This document shows, in pieces, positions 49,782 to 60,959 of a DNA stretch of 64,000 nucleotides; within the stretch, counting starts at the first letter, position 1, and each line of letters starts with the position of its first letter. This DNA comes from Massalongia carnosa (taxonomy: Eukaryota), in assembly GCA_965645245.1 (NCBI GenBank), contig OZ287075.1, forward strand, positions 868,001-932,000, given 5' to 3'. The notes under the pieces were generated by a model that saw only the letters and a program-made list of their open reading frames with translations, was not told where the DNA came from and ran no database searches. The position numbers were made by a program, and so were the translations under genes.

Positions 49782-52700
49782 GTTTCGTCTCGGTTCTCCG
49801 GAAACAGGTCCTCTGCTGTATGGAGTTTGCTACCAGGATCGGAAGTCGCTATGAACTTAGCAGTTCGTTTCCCATCTTCAGCATGTATGGTGCATTCTAC
49901 CTCGTTGTTACGGTAGTCCAAGCCCACACGCATCTGGTGAAGATAAGGTTGTCCTAGCACTAGTTGATGGTCCGCAGCATCAATGACAAATATGTGGTTA
50001 AGCGACGCTACTCCGCCAATATCAACCTCCACGTTTTCACACACCCCGAGGAATTCCTTTCTATGTCCGGTATGGGAAATTAGATTGATATTTGGGTAAG
50101 GTCGCATGGCCAGACCCTCGCGCTTAGCGACATCATATGTCATCACGTTCACTTCGGCACCTGAGTCAAGAAGAGACTTATATCGGCCTCCATCACCAAC
50201 TCGCACTTTGGCTTTAGGTGTCGACCTTGTATATGCTCTGCGGAGTAGTGGATCCCGAATGCCGATAGAGCCGATTTTTACCGTTGGACCGTCCTGTCTT
50301 TCTGCTTCCGTATTTCGTGTCACTTTGTTAACTACCGATTTAAACATGGGTAACATGGCTATGATATTGCCATTGGTCAGTCCTCCAGTACCAGCTGCTA
50401 GCGATTGCAGATAGCGGCCCTGTATCAAGTCCACGTTGAACTCTCGTCTCGCTATCTTCAGGAATTCTTCTGCACCTATCTTTTCTATGGCGTCTCGAAC
50501 TTCTCCACGAATAGGTGCCCTCAGCACTCCGGTACCCGGCTTCTTCTTTCCGCCGCCTTTCCCAGCTAGACCTGCTTCTGTCATTTCCACATCTTCTTCT
50601 ATAGGGTCAGCAAATGTTACCCGAGGTTCTGCCGCGGAAGCTCTGTCGGTTGGTTTTGATTGGTCAAGACTATCATTCCGACGTTCTACCGACGTAGGAA
50701 GCGGACTCCAATTGCCATATCTAGGTGCTTTCGGTACTGCGAAATGGTCCTCGCGCTCAGCCCTGCGTTTCAGAATTCGTTTAGCCGGCTCTTTCCAGTT
50801 CTCCTCAGCAGGTTTATTGTTTTCGGTCCTAGCCGAGTTGATAGAGGTAGTATGTTCGATGATCGTCACCTCCGGGTCCCATTCTTCGTCAGAAGAAAAG
50901 TCATCTGCACTATCCTCGCCTATTCGAACCGTGTGCACTTCGGCATTTTGTCCAGCTTGACTAAATTGATTGGCCAACATCTTCGCACGTCTAATGGACT
51001 CTTTTTGTGTCACACCCGGTAAATGCCGAATTGGGTTGGAATATGTACCCATCGGTCCCAGACAGAGCAGGCCTTTCTCATTCAGATGGATAACACCATT
51101 CCTTTGGTCAGCGTCGAAGTCTGGACAGTCTCTTCGCCTGTCATGCAGTACCTTCTCTCCACAATAGTTGCAGCTTTCGTCGCTACCATATTGATGGTCA
51201 TGCTGTTGTCTCTGTCCGTCATAGGATGACTGTCTATGTGGTGATTGGGAACGGTTCCGACTCTGCTGACTCTGCTGACTATTCTGATTGGCCGGTCGCA
51301 TTTGAGCTCCGGTGGCAAGGACTAATGCATCGAACTTATTGGTCAGGTCCATGATAGTTTTCTCCGTGGACTTCGATAGGCTAACAGTAGTCGAGTCTGC
51401 TACTGGTGGACTAAGCGAGTTCATGATATTTTCATGACCGTCTAGCACTATCTTTTTGTCGAACTGGTCGGCTAGAGCACTATATTTATCGGTTACACTC
51501 TTCTCGGTCCGCATCACCTCCTTATATTTCATTCTCGCCTCTACTAGTGTCAGAGTCTTTTTCACCAGTCCATCAAAGTCCTTCATCACATTATCGTCGA
51601 AATCAACACCTCGGCGAAAGAACAACTCTTCGCGTATGTCAGCAGGAAGACCTTGCATGAACCACTGATTTCGTGTGTAAATGTCTAGCTTCTCTTGACT
51701 AATTAGGGCTTTGGATATGGCACCGAACTTCCGACAGAAGTTCCGCACATCATCGTCGCTAGTGCGTACTTTGTCCTTGTATGACTCCAGAAACGGTCGA
51801 GAATTCACCTGCTGAATGCTATCGCCAGCCTTGTACTCTTTCTTCATCACCTTGCTCAGCTGTGTCCATCTTCTCTCCACAAAGTCCGGAAGCGACTCAA
51901 TGGTCTGGCCAATTAGCATGTCGCAATAACGGGGCAACCTACGAATCCTCTCATTGTTTCCGACATGATAGTCCTCACACATATCCTCGTACCGACTCAG
52001 GAACTCCGACACATTTTTACCTTGAAAGAATGGAGTGCCAGGAGTGCCTGGTTGAGGCATGGTCATCACAAATCCAAAGGGTCCAGCGGACATGGCTGGT
52101 CTATTTCCAAAAGACTCGGGGCTTGTCGACGATGGTGTGGTCATGGTGCTCTCTGCCTCGTGACTAGGTTGACCTTCGGTTGTAGGTATGATAGTCGATG
52201 GACTATCTCGGCTCGCAGGTGGAGCAGGACTATCAGTTCGCGTACGTGCCTCGTTAGTGTTTCGGACGCTAATGACAAGTTGCTCAAGAAGAGGAATGAG
52301 GTTTGTAACGATTTTTGTCAGCTGTGAGGTAGTTGTTTCTTTGTCGTCAGAGGTTGGGATATGACTACTCGGCTGACAATAGTATTGATGACAATGCGAA
52401 ACAGGATGATGAGTATACGTCTCTCCTGCAGACGAATGACCAATAGGAGCTTGCTTAGTCGGCTCGAAACAATGATATGACAAACAAGGACAAGTATGTG
52501 TCTGGTACGGTGGAGGTAGGTCGAAATGTCTGTGGTGCAGAGGTGCTGGTGCCGCCTCCGTATGCAGACGTTGTCTGTTATAGCAATGCGCTCTGCTTTC
52601 TCTCTCGGTATTGTCAACTGGTGAATAGGAAGTTTGATATGAATTGTACGAATGGGTAGAATGGAATGGCTGCGCTATTCTGCCATCGGAGGGAAATGAG

Positions 52701-52792
52701 GCTACTTTTATGTCTACTCCGTGTCGTTTTGTCTCTCGGTTCCCGACGCTGGCTAATCTCCTAGCAGGAATGCGATACCGCTCAGGCCCCAT
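49772..52792 (-). CDS. gag: G2 Gag-protease
   Basis: About 1000 open codons; PFFQGKNVSEFL gag-like region, atypical knuckle CNYCGEKVLHDRRRDC, LLDSGAEVNVM protease; ATG at 52792 is homologous to G1 42176. Confidence 0.88.
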   Translation of the reverse strand: MGPERYRIPARRLASVGNRETKRHGVDIKVASFPSDGRIAQPFHSTHSYNSYQTSYSPVDNTERESRAHCYNRQRLHTEAAPAPLHHRHFDLPPPYQTHTCPCLSYHCFEPTKQAPIGHSSAGETYTHHPVSHCHQYYCQPSSHIPTSDDKETTTSQLTKIVTNLIPLLEQLVISVRNTNEARTRTDSPAPPASRDSPSTIIPTTEGQPSHEAESTMTTPSSTSPESFGNRPAMSAGPFGFVMTMPQPGTPGTPFFQGKNVSEFLSRYEDMCEDYHVGNNERIRRLPRYCDMLIGQTIESLPDFVERRWTQLSKVMKKEYKAGDSIQQVNSRPFLESYKDKVRTSDDDVRNFCRKFGAISKALISQEKLDIYTRNQWFMQGLPADIREELFFRRGVDFDDNVMKDFDGLVKKTLTLVEARMKYKEVMRTEKSVTDKYSALADQFDKKIVLDGHENIMNSLSPPVADSTTVSLSKSTEKTIMDLTNKFDALVLATGAQMRPANQNSQQSQQSRNRSQSPHRQSSYDGQRQQHDHQYGSDESCNYCGEKVLHDRRRDCPDFDADQRNGVIHLNEKGLLCLGPMGTYSNPIRHLPGVTQKESIRRAKMLANQFSQAGQNAEVHTVRIGEDSADDFSSDEEWDPEVTIIEHTTSINSARTENNKPAEENWKEPAKRILKRRAEREDHFAVPKAPRYGNWSPLPTSVERRNDSLDQSKPTDRASAAEPRVTFADPIEEDVEMTEAGLAGKGGGKKKPGTGVLRAPIRGEVRDAIEKIGAEEFLKIARREFNVDLIQGRYLQSLAAGTGGLTNGNIIAMLPMFKSVVNKVTRNTEAERQDGPTVKIGSIGIRDPLLRRAYTRSTPKAKVRVGDGGRYKSLLDSGAEVNVMTYDVAKREGLAMRPYPNINLISHTGHRKEFLGVCENVEVDIGGVASLNHIFVIDAADHQLVLGQPYLHQMRVGLDYRNNEVECTIHAEDGKRTAKFIATSDPGSKLHTAEDLFPENRDETLN

Positions 52793-54849
52793 GTCTGTGG
52801 GTACACTATATTTTTGCCACTGTCGCACTCACGCCGTCGCTAAATCATTGAGGCATTCGCTAAATGTGGCGATGTTCTCAAACGGGATTAGTCTGTCGAC
52901 TTCAACTGCCGAGTCGCAATTCCGAGGCTCCTGATTGGTCCGGTCCGTAATGCCGTCACTTTTCCGTCTTTCTTCGTCTCGATGTCAATTCTTTTAGTAC
53001 CTAGACCGTCTCCACCGTGTCGCAAGCTGTATGGGGTCGTCCCGTCGCTATGTCCGAGTCCGCGCGTTCTTGAGAGGTCTGTTCGTGCCTCGTTGTCAGG
53101 GTCAAATGGATGCCCCCGTTCTTTCTGTCTTTCTCCGGTCACTGTATGTCGTTTTTCCACTATCTCTAGATATCTGTACGCTGTCGCTGCTTCCTGTCGC
53201 TGTTTCCTGTCGCTATTTCCTGTCGCTGTCGCTGTCGCTGTAAGTCTACTGTCTGTCTCACATGTCTGTCTAGACTCGTCGTTTGATTCCTGCTCCCGGT
53301 CAAATAGAGATCGCACCGTGGTCGCCAAATGTGGAAGGATGAACTGGGTGGTGTGCGTGGTCCACTACTGCTAGGAGTGCAAGAGAACAAACAAACAAGA
53401 GAAGAACAGAACAATAGAATAAGGACAATAGCTAGACTGGTCTCTGTATGCCTCGTGCCTCGTGCCTCGTGCCTGTGAACTGTATGTGTTGATGCTATGT
53501 GTTGTAGCTATTGCTACGAGCATGCTTGCTCTATAAGGAAAAGAACTATCTATAACTAAACTAAAAGAAAGACTGTCACCTGACTTCCCCGCTACCTTTA
53601 CCGAGTATCAACCGAAAAGAACCAACTCCCGAACCGCTAGCAATTTGAATTTAGAGTATCACCGCTCCACCCCCCTACAATGCATAGATTCTTTGCTGAA
53701 TATCTGAACATTGAAGAAGCAAAGTCGGCAATGAAGCAATGGCTTTCTTTTCGAAATCAAGAAGACGGTTTTTATCCTGCCTCCGAATGCTGGACATATC
53801 AAACGGATTCGGAGCTGTTTTGGAACTTTTCCAGAAGCTTTGCTTTTGATCTCAGCAACATAGCTAGAAAGGTAATAATGCTGCCTGCTAATTCGGTGCT
53901 GGCAGAAAGAAATTGGTCGGTCATGAATTTGATCATGACCAAAAGTCGGAACTCTCTACATTCCATCAATGTCGATAAACTCATGTTTATTTACATGAAT
54001 GAGCGTACTCTTAATCGGCCAACAGATTTCAAAAGCAAGCTTCAGTTTGCTGGCATCGACATCAATGAGACGGATCTTTGTGAGATGGAGGATAGACTAC
54101 TGCAAAAAGAGATCTCTTTATCTGATACGTCCATGTCATCATCGAAAAGACCGGCGAGTCAAACGATATTTGGTGATGCGACGAGAGCTTGGATAAACAC
54201 CTAGCTAGTAGAGTAGGAGATACATAAAATTGTACGCAAATTGCTAACAAAATAAAGTATCTTTTCCCCACTTTCTATGTTCCCGCTTCTTCCGCCCCCC
54301 CCCCCCCTCCCCCCCAGTAGCTAATCCCTGTGTCTGTCAGTTGGGCCAACTGACACGTATTAAACACTTCCCGATCGGGTTAGTCAATAAACATGTTTAA
54401 TACATATCCTAGCCCTAATTACTGGTCGCCTTCTGTTAAACGAGGTGATCTTTATCTTATCTTGGGACTAGTCCTAATGCGGCTTCGACGGTTTCCTAGA
54501 TATTGTACTAATAGGAGTTGGATATTCAACAATTATCGATGCATTCGTTTTCTTTATTTCTTTTCAGATATGTTATCTACCGAAGGTTCCTCGTCCAGCT
54601 CTTCGAATTGTCGTCGAATGTCGACGATTTAAAGCGTTGAATTATTTGAACGTTACGAAAGAGGAGAAGAATAAAACAATGAATGCTAATTGATATCGAG
54701 AGTCTCGGAGATCTCGACAAGATTAGAGCATGAAATCTGTACGTTTTTCTGATGAAAAGAGATAAAGGACTCGCGTCGAATGAGAATTTTTCAATTAAAT
54801 TGATCATGTCGAAAGGTCTTTAAAGAGACAGGAAAAATATAAAAGAATT

Positions 54850-55085
54850 TGTTGAATAGGTCTATGACTATAGCTATATGACTATGTAAAGATAGGGGCG
54901 TGTATGACCATGATGTTAAGGATGCAGAGTTGCTACGGAGTGCAGACCAATCTGTTCCTTTTATGTTGGTCACCTCTGCTAAGCGAGATGATAATAGTTT
55001 ATCCGAGCCTCTATGCGATTAGATTAGATTAGATCTTATCTAATCTATCGGCTAGGCAATGCTGGTAGAAGTTGAACATTCAATA
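54850..55085. mobile_element. Solo LTR family B, inverted relative to 21887-22297
   Basis: Reverse-complement match without the nested family C insertion; flanks GAATT / GAATG. Confidence 0.8.
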
Positions 55086-55196
55086 GAATGTTAAGAAATT
55101 CGACAATTATACGATTATTTTACATATAAAAGACAACGAAGATTGAAAGTAATATTCGATAATAAAAGAGCTTTTATGTTTATTTGAGCCTCTGAT

Positions 55197-55358
55197 TGTA
55201 ACGGTTCGACCAAGCGTGGTGCGGACGGCAGGACCTACATCGAACATAGCAGGAGTCCCAGTTATAGTAGAATAGAGCTTGGTCTGCGGACTAAGTATTG
55301 GTCTGGAAGGACAGGTGGCGCAATGCTAGAAATCTATTCACTATCTCGCTTCGTCACA
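55197..55358. mobile_element. Solo LTR family C
   Basis: Matches 22097-22267 with a small deletion; TSD CTGAT. Confidence 0.85.
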
Positions 55359-55828
55359 CTGATGATTTATACTGAGTTTCTGATAATTTTAATTCCTTTA
55401 ATTTTGATCTTGTTTGTAGTTAATCGAACTACTTTTATTCAAAATCACATTTGTCATCTTATTATAATTAATACTGTCGATCATGAAGCTATTACGAAGA
55501 GATTTTTCGCCTGACAAGACTCGAAAGGCATAAGGAAGGCGAATCAAAAAGGATAATTGATTTGGGCTTTAGGCGATCAACTGAAGCAATTTCTTCGGTT
55601 CGGTGTTAGATTAATAACTGAATAAGAGGCGCCTTTAGTTAGATTCATGAAGTTATTCATATCGACGACGTTGCAGCTGACGACAGCAAGGTAAATGAAG
55701 CAATTCTGGTGTTTAAAGTAGTGATGGGTGACGAACTAGTGATGGATTACGTTAATATCATTATTCTTAAACTAATAAGATCTAAATACTAAGCTACATA
55801 AACCATCAAGGACTCAAAGAGAAGCACA

Positions 55829-58281
55829 TTAAAACCCCCTTTCCCCCCTTCTATTCCTACCTAGGGTAATGTCTGCTATAGCGCTATTAAACGATTCAAT
55901 GATAGGGTCATATAGCTTTTCAGGTGGATCCAGGGGTGTCCCTTTAAAAAGCGCTCCGTCCTTCAGGAGAGGGAAAAGGATGCCCCGTATCTTACTGCAC
56001 AAAGGCTTGACGGAATCAAAGGCTATTGGAAACTCATCCAAGATATCCTCAAATCCATCAACATGCATGTAACCTCGTTTCGCCTCAGCAATATCCTTGA
56101 AGCTGCCAGAATACCACTTAGTTAGGACGCTTTGTTTAGGTCGACCCTTTCGATTTCCACAAAGATCCCACCCACGTCGGGCACAAAGCCAGATCAGCAC
56201 GTAGAAGAATGATTCGAGGTCATGTCGGTAGGTGTGATCGATACCGAGCAACACTTCAATAGCCATGAATTCCATCGTGCCCGTTTGATGTTGTGCACCA
56301 CTGCGCCCGCTGCCAATCACTTTCGCAAGGTCCAGGTCGGTTAGCATTCCTGTAAAGCCACCGGTTTCATTTGGATTCGTAATAATAATATTGTTCTCCG
56401 AGATGTCTCTGTGCAAAATGTTTCCCTTCAGATACAGAGAGCGATGCGCTTTGATCGCATCTCGAAGAGTGATGAGCAGCTCTCTGATGGATGACGAGAC
56501 TAACTTTGTAGACTACGGCTTCTAGGTGAACTCGCTCAGCGCTCGACCTGCCGGTGCGATCGCCAGACATCCAAATACTCGGTTACTGTATTTGTCGTTG
56601 CCGGACTCGTACAAGCTGACGGCTGGCTCGCCCGGTTTTTGCGCTGTTTCGTACTGCTGGCTGAGTTTTGACTTCTGACTGTTTGATCGGGACCTCTTCT
56701 GACTGCCCCGTTCGTCTCCAGGGCGCTTCCGCTTCGACGAGGTCTTCGAGATGCTAAGATTCTGTATCGGGCCGAAAGACTGACCTAGCTGCGTCTGAGA
56801 GAACGAGGTAGAAGCGCTCGCAGTGCCATCTCGAAATTGATGTGGAGACAGGAATGTTAATCCGCTGCGCAGCTCACTAATGCTGGTAATGCGTTGATAC
56901 CCTATAAGTTTGGCAATACCTTCCACTCCCTTTTCACGTGCCAGCCGGAGATGATCTGCTTCGGGCGGCCGCTTATCGGATGTCCATGAGAACTTGATGA
57001 CATTTGCATGATCGCTGCTGCGGAAGCAGGTTGTGCCTCGACACACAACCGCGCGTTGCTTGACAAATGGCGCCTCATCTAGCTGCATCCTGTTCTCCTT
57101 CCCTGTCGCATCCTTGCTAATTGTGATAAACCGGCCTTTGCCATCCAGTTCGGTCAATATGTCCAGCCCCAGCTCCTTGTCGTCCATCATGGCGTACCCC
57201 GCGATAGCTCGGATGAATTTCTCAGGTTCCTCGTGTATGTCAAATTCCCCTGAGCTGTACGGGCCAGAGCGATCAAACACCCATAACTCCATGGTGGTGC
57301 CGTGCAGAAAAAAGCCGTGGATAAAGCGGCGGGTGGGCTGGACGGCGAAGGCATCGCGCATGTACCTCTAGCCAGTTGTAGCAAAATCTTTTTCAAGGGC
57401 CACTTCGACCGTTTGAGTTCTCCAATGACACACACATCTTTCCAGTTATGGTTTCCGCTTGTTTCAATACCTCGTCTCTTTACGAACAGATCCAGCTGGC
57501 GTTGTGCCTCGCCACCAGTAAGGTCACTAGAGCTCTCGGTCGTGTATAAAATGCCGTGTGAGTCTGAGAGATGTTTGTTCTGAAAACGAGATAGCCAGTC
57601 CCACACGGCATCCTCGTCTGGCGGATCGGGAAAATCGGTCCATCGCCCATCTCTGTATTGCTCATTCATCACATTATAGATCGCCTTGCTTTTGCGGCTC
57701 CAAGACCGTCCTTCGAAGTATTTTTCAAAGAAACCATCGACATCACGACACGTGCACCTTTTTATCTCATAGAATATCTCTGGCTCGATGATCCTCCGAG
57801 TCTGTTCACTGCCTTGAAAAGATGAGGATGACTTCGTAACCGGGGTGCCATCGAAGGAGACAGGGATGCTTGTAGGAGGGGTTGTTCGGGAGATTATAAT
57901 AATGAGATCGAAGACGGCGTTCCAGATGTCGACATCGGGGGCTCGTTTGACGACAAGGCGTGATAGCGCACGGTAGTGTTCATAATCGTAACGGCCGCGT
58001 TGAATGAGTCCAAAAAGGTTTGAAAGTTCAGTGGCTACATTATCAATTCCAATCTTTGAGTGAAGGTTGAAGGCAACCTCGTGGCCCCCTAAAGCATTGA
58101 GAAGTCGCGATATTGCCTTTTGAAGACCTGAGTCGAGACTGCCGACAGAGACATCATGCGAGATAGAGCGGGGTCTATAATCTTGCTCTGCTTTTCGAAG
58201 TGGCTCCCGTAAATGATCGAGAGAGGTGTCCAAAGGATGCTCCGCTATGATGGTGCGATCATTCTGCGACAAGTTGGCCAT
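55829..58281 (-). pseudogene. Fungal-type protein kinase (FunK1 / Pkinase_fungal), disrupted
   Basis: WKDVCVIGELK, QPTRRFIHGF...ELWVFDRSG, VCRGTTCF, LHRDISENNI, DLDLA, TGTMEFMAIEVL and HTYRHDLESFFYV motifs; frameshift at ~57366 and a ~30-nt stop-containing insertion at ~56498-56527. Confidence 0.88.
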
Positions 58282-58929
58282 CTCAAGGTCCAAGGCACAA
58301 GGCCTGGGCTATATTGAGATTTGTGTTTTGTTTGAAAGCTGCTAAATGACACTGCAAGATGTCAGTGGCTTAAAGTCGATAGCTAGGAGGCTGAAGGAGC
58401 GCAACCCATCCCACGTCAATGACTAATCTGTTCTCAAGGGGAACCAATCATTTCTGCGATGTACGAGGCACCAGTCGGCTCAACTTAAACTAGCTAGCTT
58501 TTCAGACCATATCAGACCAGACTGGCTGACTGTAACTTAAAACGTCGCAGAGACTTTAAAACGATCGATTATCGCTCGATTTCCTAAATCTTGTTAACCT
58601 TTTACGGAATTTAGCGTGGTAAAATGAGTAACTGTTCACGTTGACAGATTATAGCTGACCAAGGTATCCTCGCATGAGAGAGCCCTTTTGAATGCCGTCC
58701 GCAAGGTAAGACGAGAAAAGGAGGCCGACTGGATCGAAGTCGCTGTCGATGCGGCCTACGGCAACTGAAGAGAAGTCCCAGTGCCTTACGGTCACAGAGA
58801 GAAGAGAATTTATGTAACGGCATATGATAGGAACAGCAGTATTATCTTTCATCACTATTCATGAGTTCGGCAATCATTTTTTAGGCTTTGTATCTTAAAC
58901 CAATATATTTCAGCGTCCCTTGACTTAAT

Positions 58930-60458
58930 ATCTATATTGTGACGACCTTCATCTGCCTCCAGTTTTGCACCAATCCCGGCGCGGTGAGCCGACCTCCATC
59001 CACCCAAGATGATTTCCGTACTGCTTGCGAGGCCTCCCTCGTCCTTGGTTCATATCCCTTTCTCTGATGATCTCTCCTTGCCAACTCTGCTGCTCGTAGA
59101 TGACAACCGTCCGAGATCGTCCGCCTGTAAACTCCATCCATCACTTGTATCTCCCTCAAGGCCGGTCGAACGGGAAGAAGTAGGCTGAGCGCTTGAGGTG
59201 TGGTGAGGTCTTGAAGGTGTATAGCTGCTGATGTCCGACTCATCCTCGGTCTTGGTATTCCTGTTTGAAAGCGATGACAAAAAGCGGCCACGTTTGATAC
59301 GACGCTGCACCTAAGGGTTACCCTCAGCGGTAGGCAGAGACCGTTTCTTTGTGGAACGCAGCAATGGCGTTTTTTCCTTCTCGTAATCACCGTCAGGTTC
59401 CTCTTCGTCATTCGCTTCCACCTCTTTCTCGTTCTGCTCGTCGTCCTTGTTCTCATCGTGGAAGAGATCAGACTCGAAATCGTTGCGACCAGCGTTGGCT
59501 GGCTCACAGTTTGGTGTATCAAGCGTTGGCAAGAGATGGACATTGCGGCGCGGAGGAGAGGTATTTGGGGTATCGTGTTCGCTGTTCTCGTGGGGGGTTA
59601 GGCATCCGCATCGACCCTGTCTGTAAATATCTGAATTATCAAATGGGGATCATGAGTTCTATCCAGCATCTGTGCTCGACATAGAAGTCGGTGGAGTATT
59701 GAATGAACTCTGATTCTCACACTTCTTCTCCGAAGTCGAGCTGTCGTTGATATGAACGCTGATGCTGCGGCTAGCTTCTCTCCCACTAAGGTCGAAATCG
59801 CTACATTCGGAGTCATTGTCATTCAGTACTATTGGCTCATCTGCAGGTCGTCAAGATCAATTTTCGTGACACATAGAGTCGAAATGCACACGTTTGTTTT
59901 CACCTTGTTTCTGCTCGAGAGCGGTGATCTCATTGTAATCGTTCTTGATCGCAACTCGAAAATTTCCCGCGATGTGTTTATCACTCCAACCCCATCGTCC
60001 CGACTATTAGGTCTCATTAACTCGAGATAGTAACTGCTCGAGGGAAGGGAAATCATTGTGGTTTTCGCTAATACTTTGATTGAGATCGCAGGTGTTGTGA
60101 GATTCGTTCCATGAACCTAGAGTGGTTACTCATCATCTACGAAAATAAGAGGATGTTGGACCTTACCTTCGACCGCTGCTTCAATATCTTTGAGATCTGG
60201 GGCAGGCTCATGAAAAGAATCAAGAGACTTCTTTTCAGATGGAGCAGTCATATCAAGGAGCTCAATCAAATCGTGTTTTTCAAGACTTGCACTTGATTTG
60301 ATTCATTGGGTAATGTAATCGTTGCAGCAGTCGTTTTCACTCTACCCATCGTGGGGGACATTAGTTTTGGACACTGTTAGCCGCTTCTTGTCAGCCAGGC
60401 CCGCATTTATCAGAGGTTGGCGATAAAAATGTTGAGAGTCCAAATCGACGAATGCCAT
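58930..60458 (-). pseudogene. Degenerate intron-containing gene of unknown function (acidic, low complexity)
   Basis: ATG at 60458; plausible intron GTAAGG...CTAG (~60166-60117); NDFPSLEQLLS and acidic/basic tracts broken by stops and frameshifts. Confidence 0.35.
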
Positions 60459-60959
60459 GGTGTAATTCAAGCGTAACTATAATCATGGGACAGGGTTAGA
60501 CGGATAAATCTGATTGAAGTCTGAGATGAATGGTTCAAAGCATGCAAAGGCGGGGAGACGATGTTCTTATGCGTTTCTCAGTCGTACCTATAGTGAGATT
60601 ACATTACCCGTCCCCTCTCTCCAATGAAAGAATTGCTGAGGGCCAATCCGCACCATCTCCCCTTTCCCCTAAGATTATCGATCGCCGATTCCGGTCAATT
60701 ATTACTCAACCGCGCACATGCCGAGCGTGCACGAACCTCGATCATCCATCCTGCATCCAACATCACATGCTAATGCAGCTCTCAGTCATTGAGCCTCGTA
60801 TTCGATCCCCATCCCACGCAGGCTAGGTGCTCGCTGCGCCCCTCGGAGGTGTATGATTGTCAAGTTTCGTCAGCTGCTGCGGCCTGAGCTGAGAGCCTTG
60901 CAACGGATCAATGGCACCGCACCCTACAAGATGCGTGCCCGAAAACAGGATCGACGTCT

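Larger units (their letters stand above)
44922..53679 (-). mobile_element. Full-length, apparently intact Ty3/Gypsy copy G2 (possibly Ylt1-like)
   Basis: 350-bp LTRs (44922-45271, 53330-53679) appear identical; 4-bp TSD ATGC; PBS TGGCGACCACGGTGC; PPT AAAGAGAGAGGGGAA; uninterrupted ORFs. Confidence 0.95.
42593..54204 (+). pseudogene. hAT transposase (BED finger, DUF659-like core, C-terminal dimerisation domain), fragmented
   Basis: Pieces 42593-43537, intron 43538-43600, 43601-43824, 44650-44921, 53684-54204 join in frame; CTHC...HLQTC, FFTDET, PCDSHGLQL, TRWGT and PANSVLAERNWS motifs; in-frame TAG at ~44798. Confidence 0.85.
42397..54417 (+). mobile_element. hAT DNA transposon carrying nested LTR insertions
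   Basis: 11-bp TIR TAGGGCTAGGA / TCCTAGCCCTA; shared 27-bp subterminal motif; no 8-bp TSD. Confidence 0.85.

Noticed and set aside
52888..53414. ORFs in the G2 leader, and the many short antisense ORFs over pol and gag
   Set aside because: Arise from low-complexity (CTGTCG)n leader sequence or are shadows of real coding frames
56498..56527. Mini-intron rescuing the FunK1 frame
   Set aside because: Too short, no GT-AG pair removes both stops, and an upstream frameshift remains
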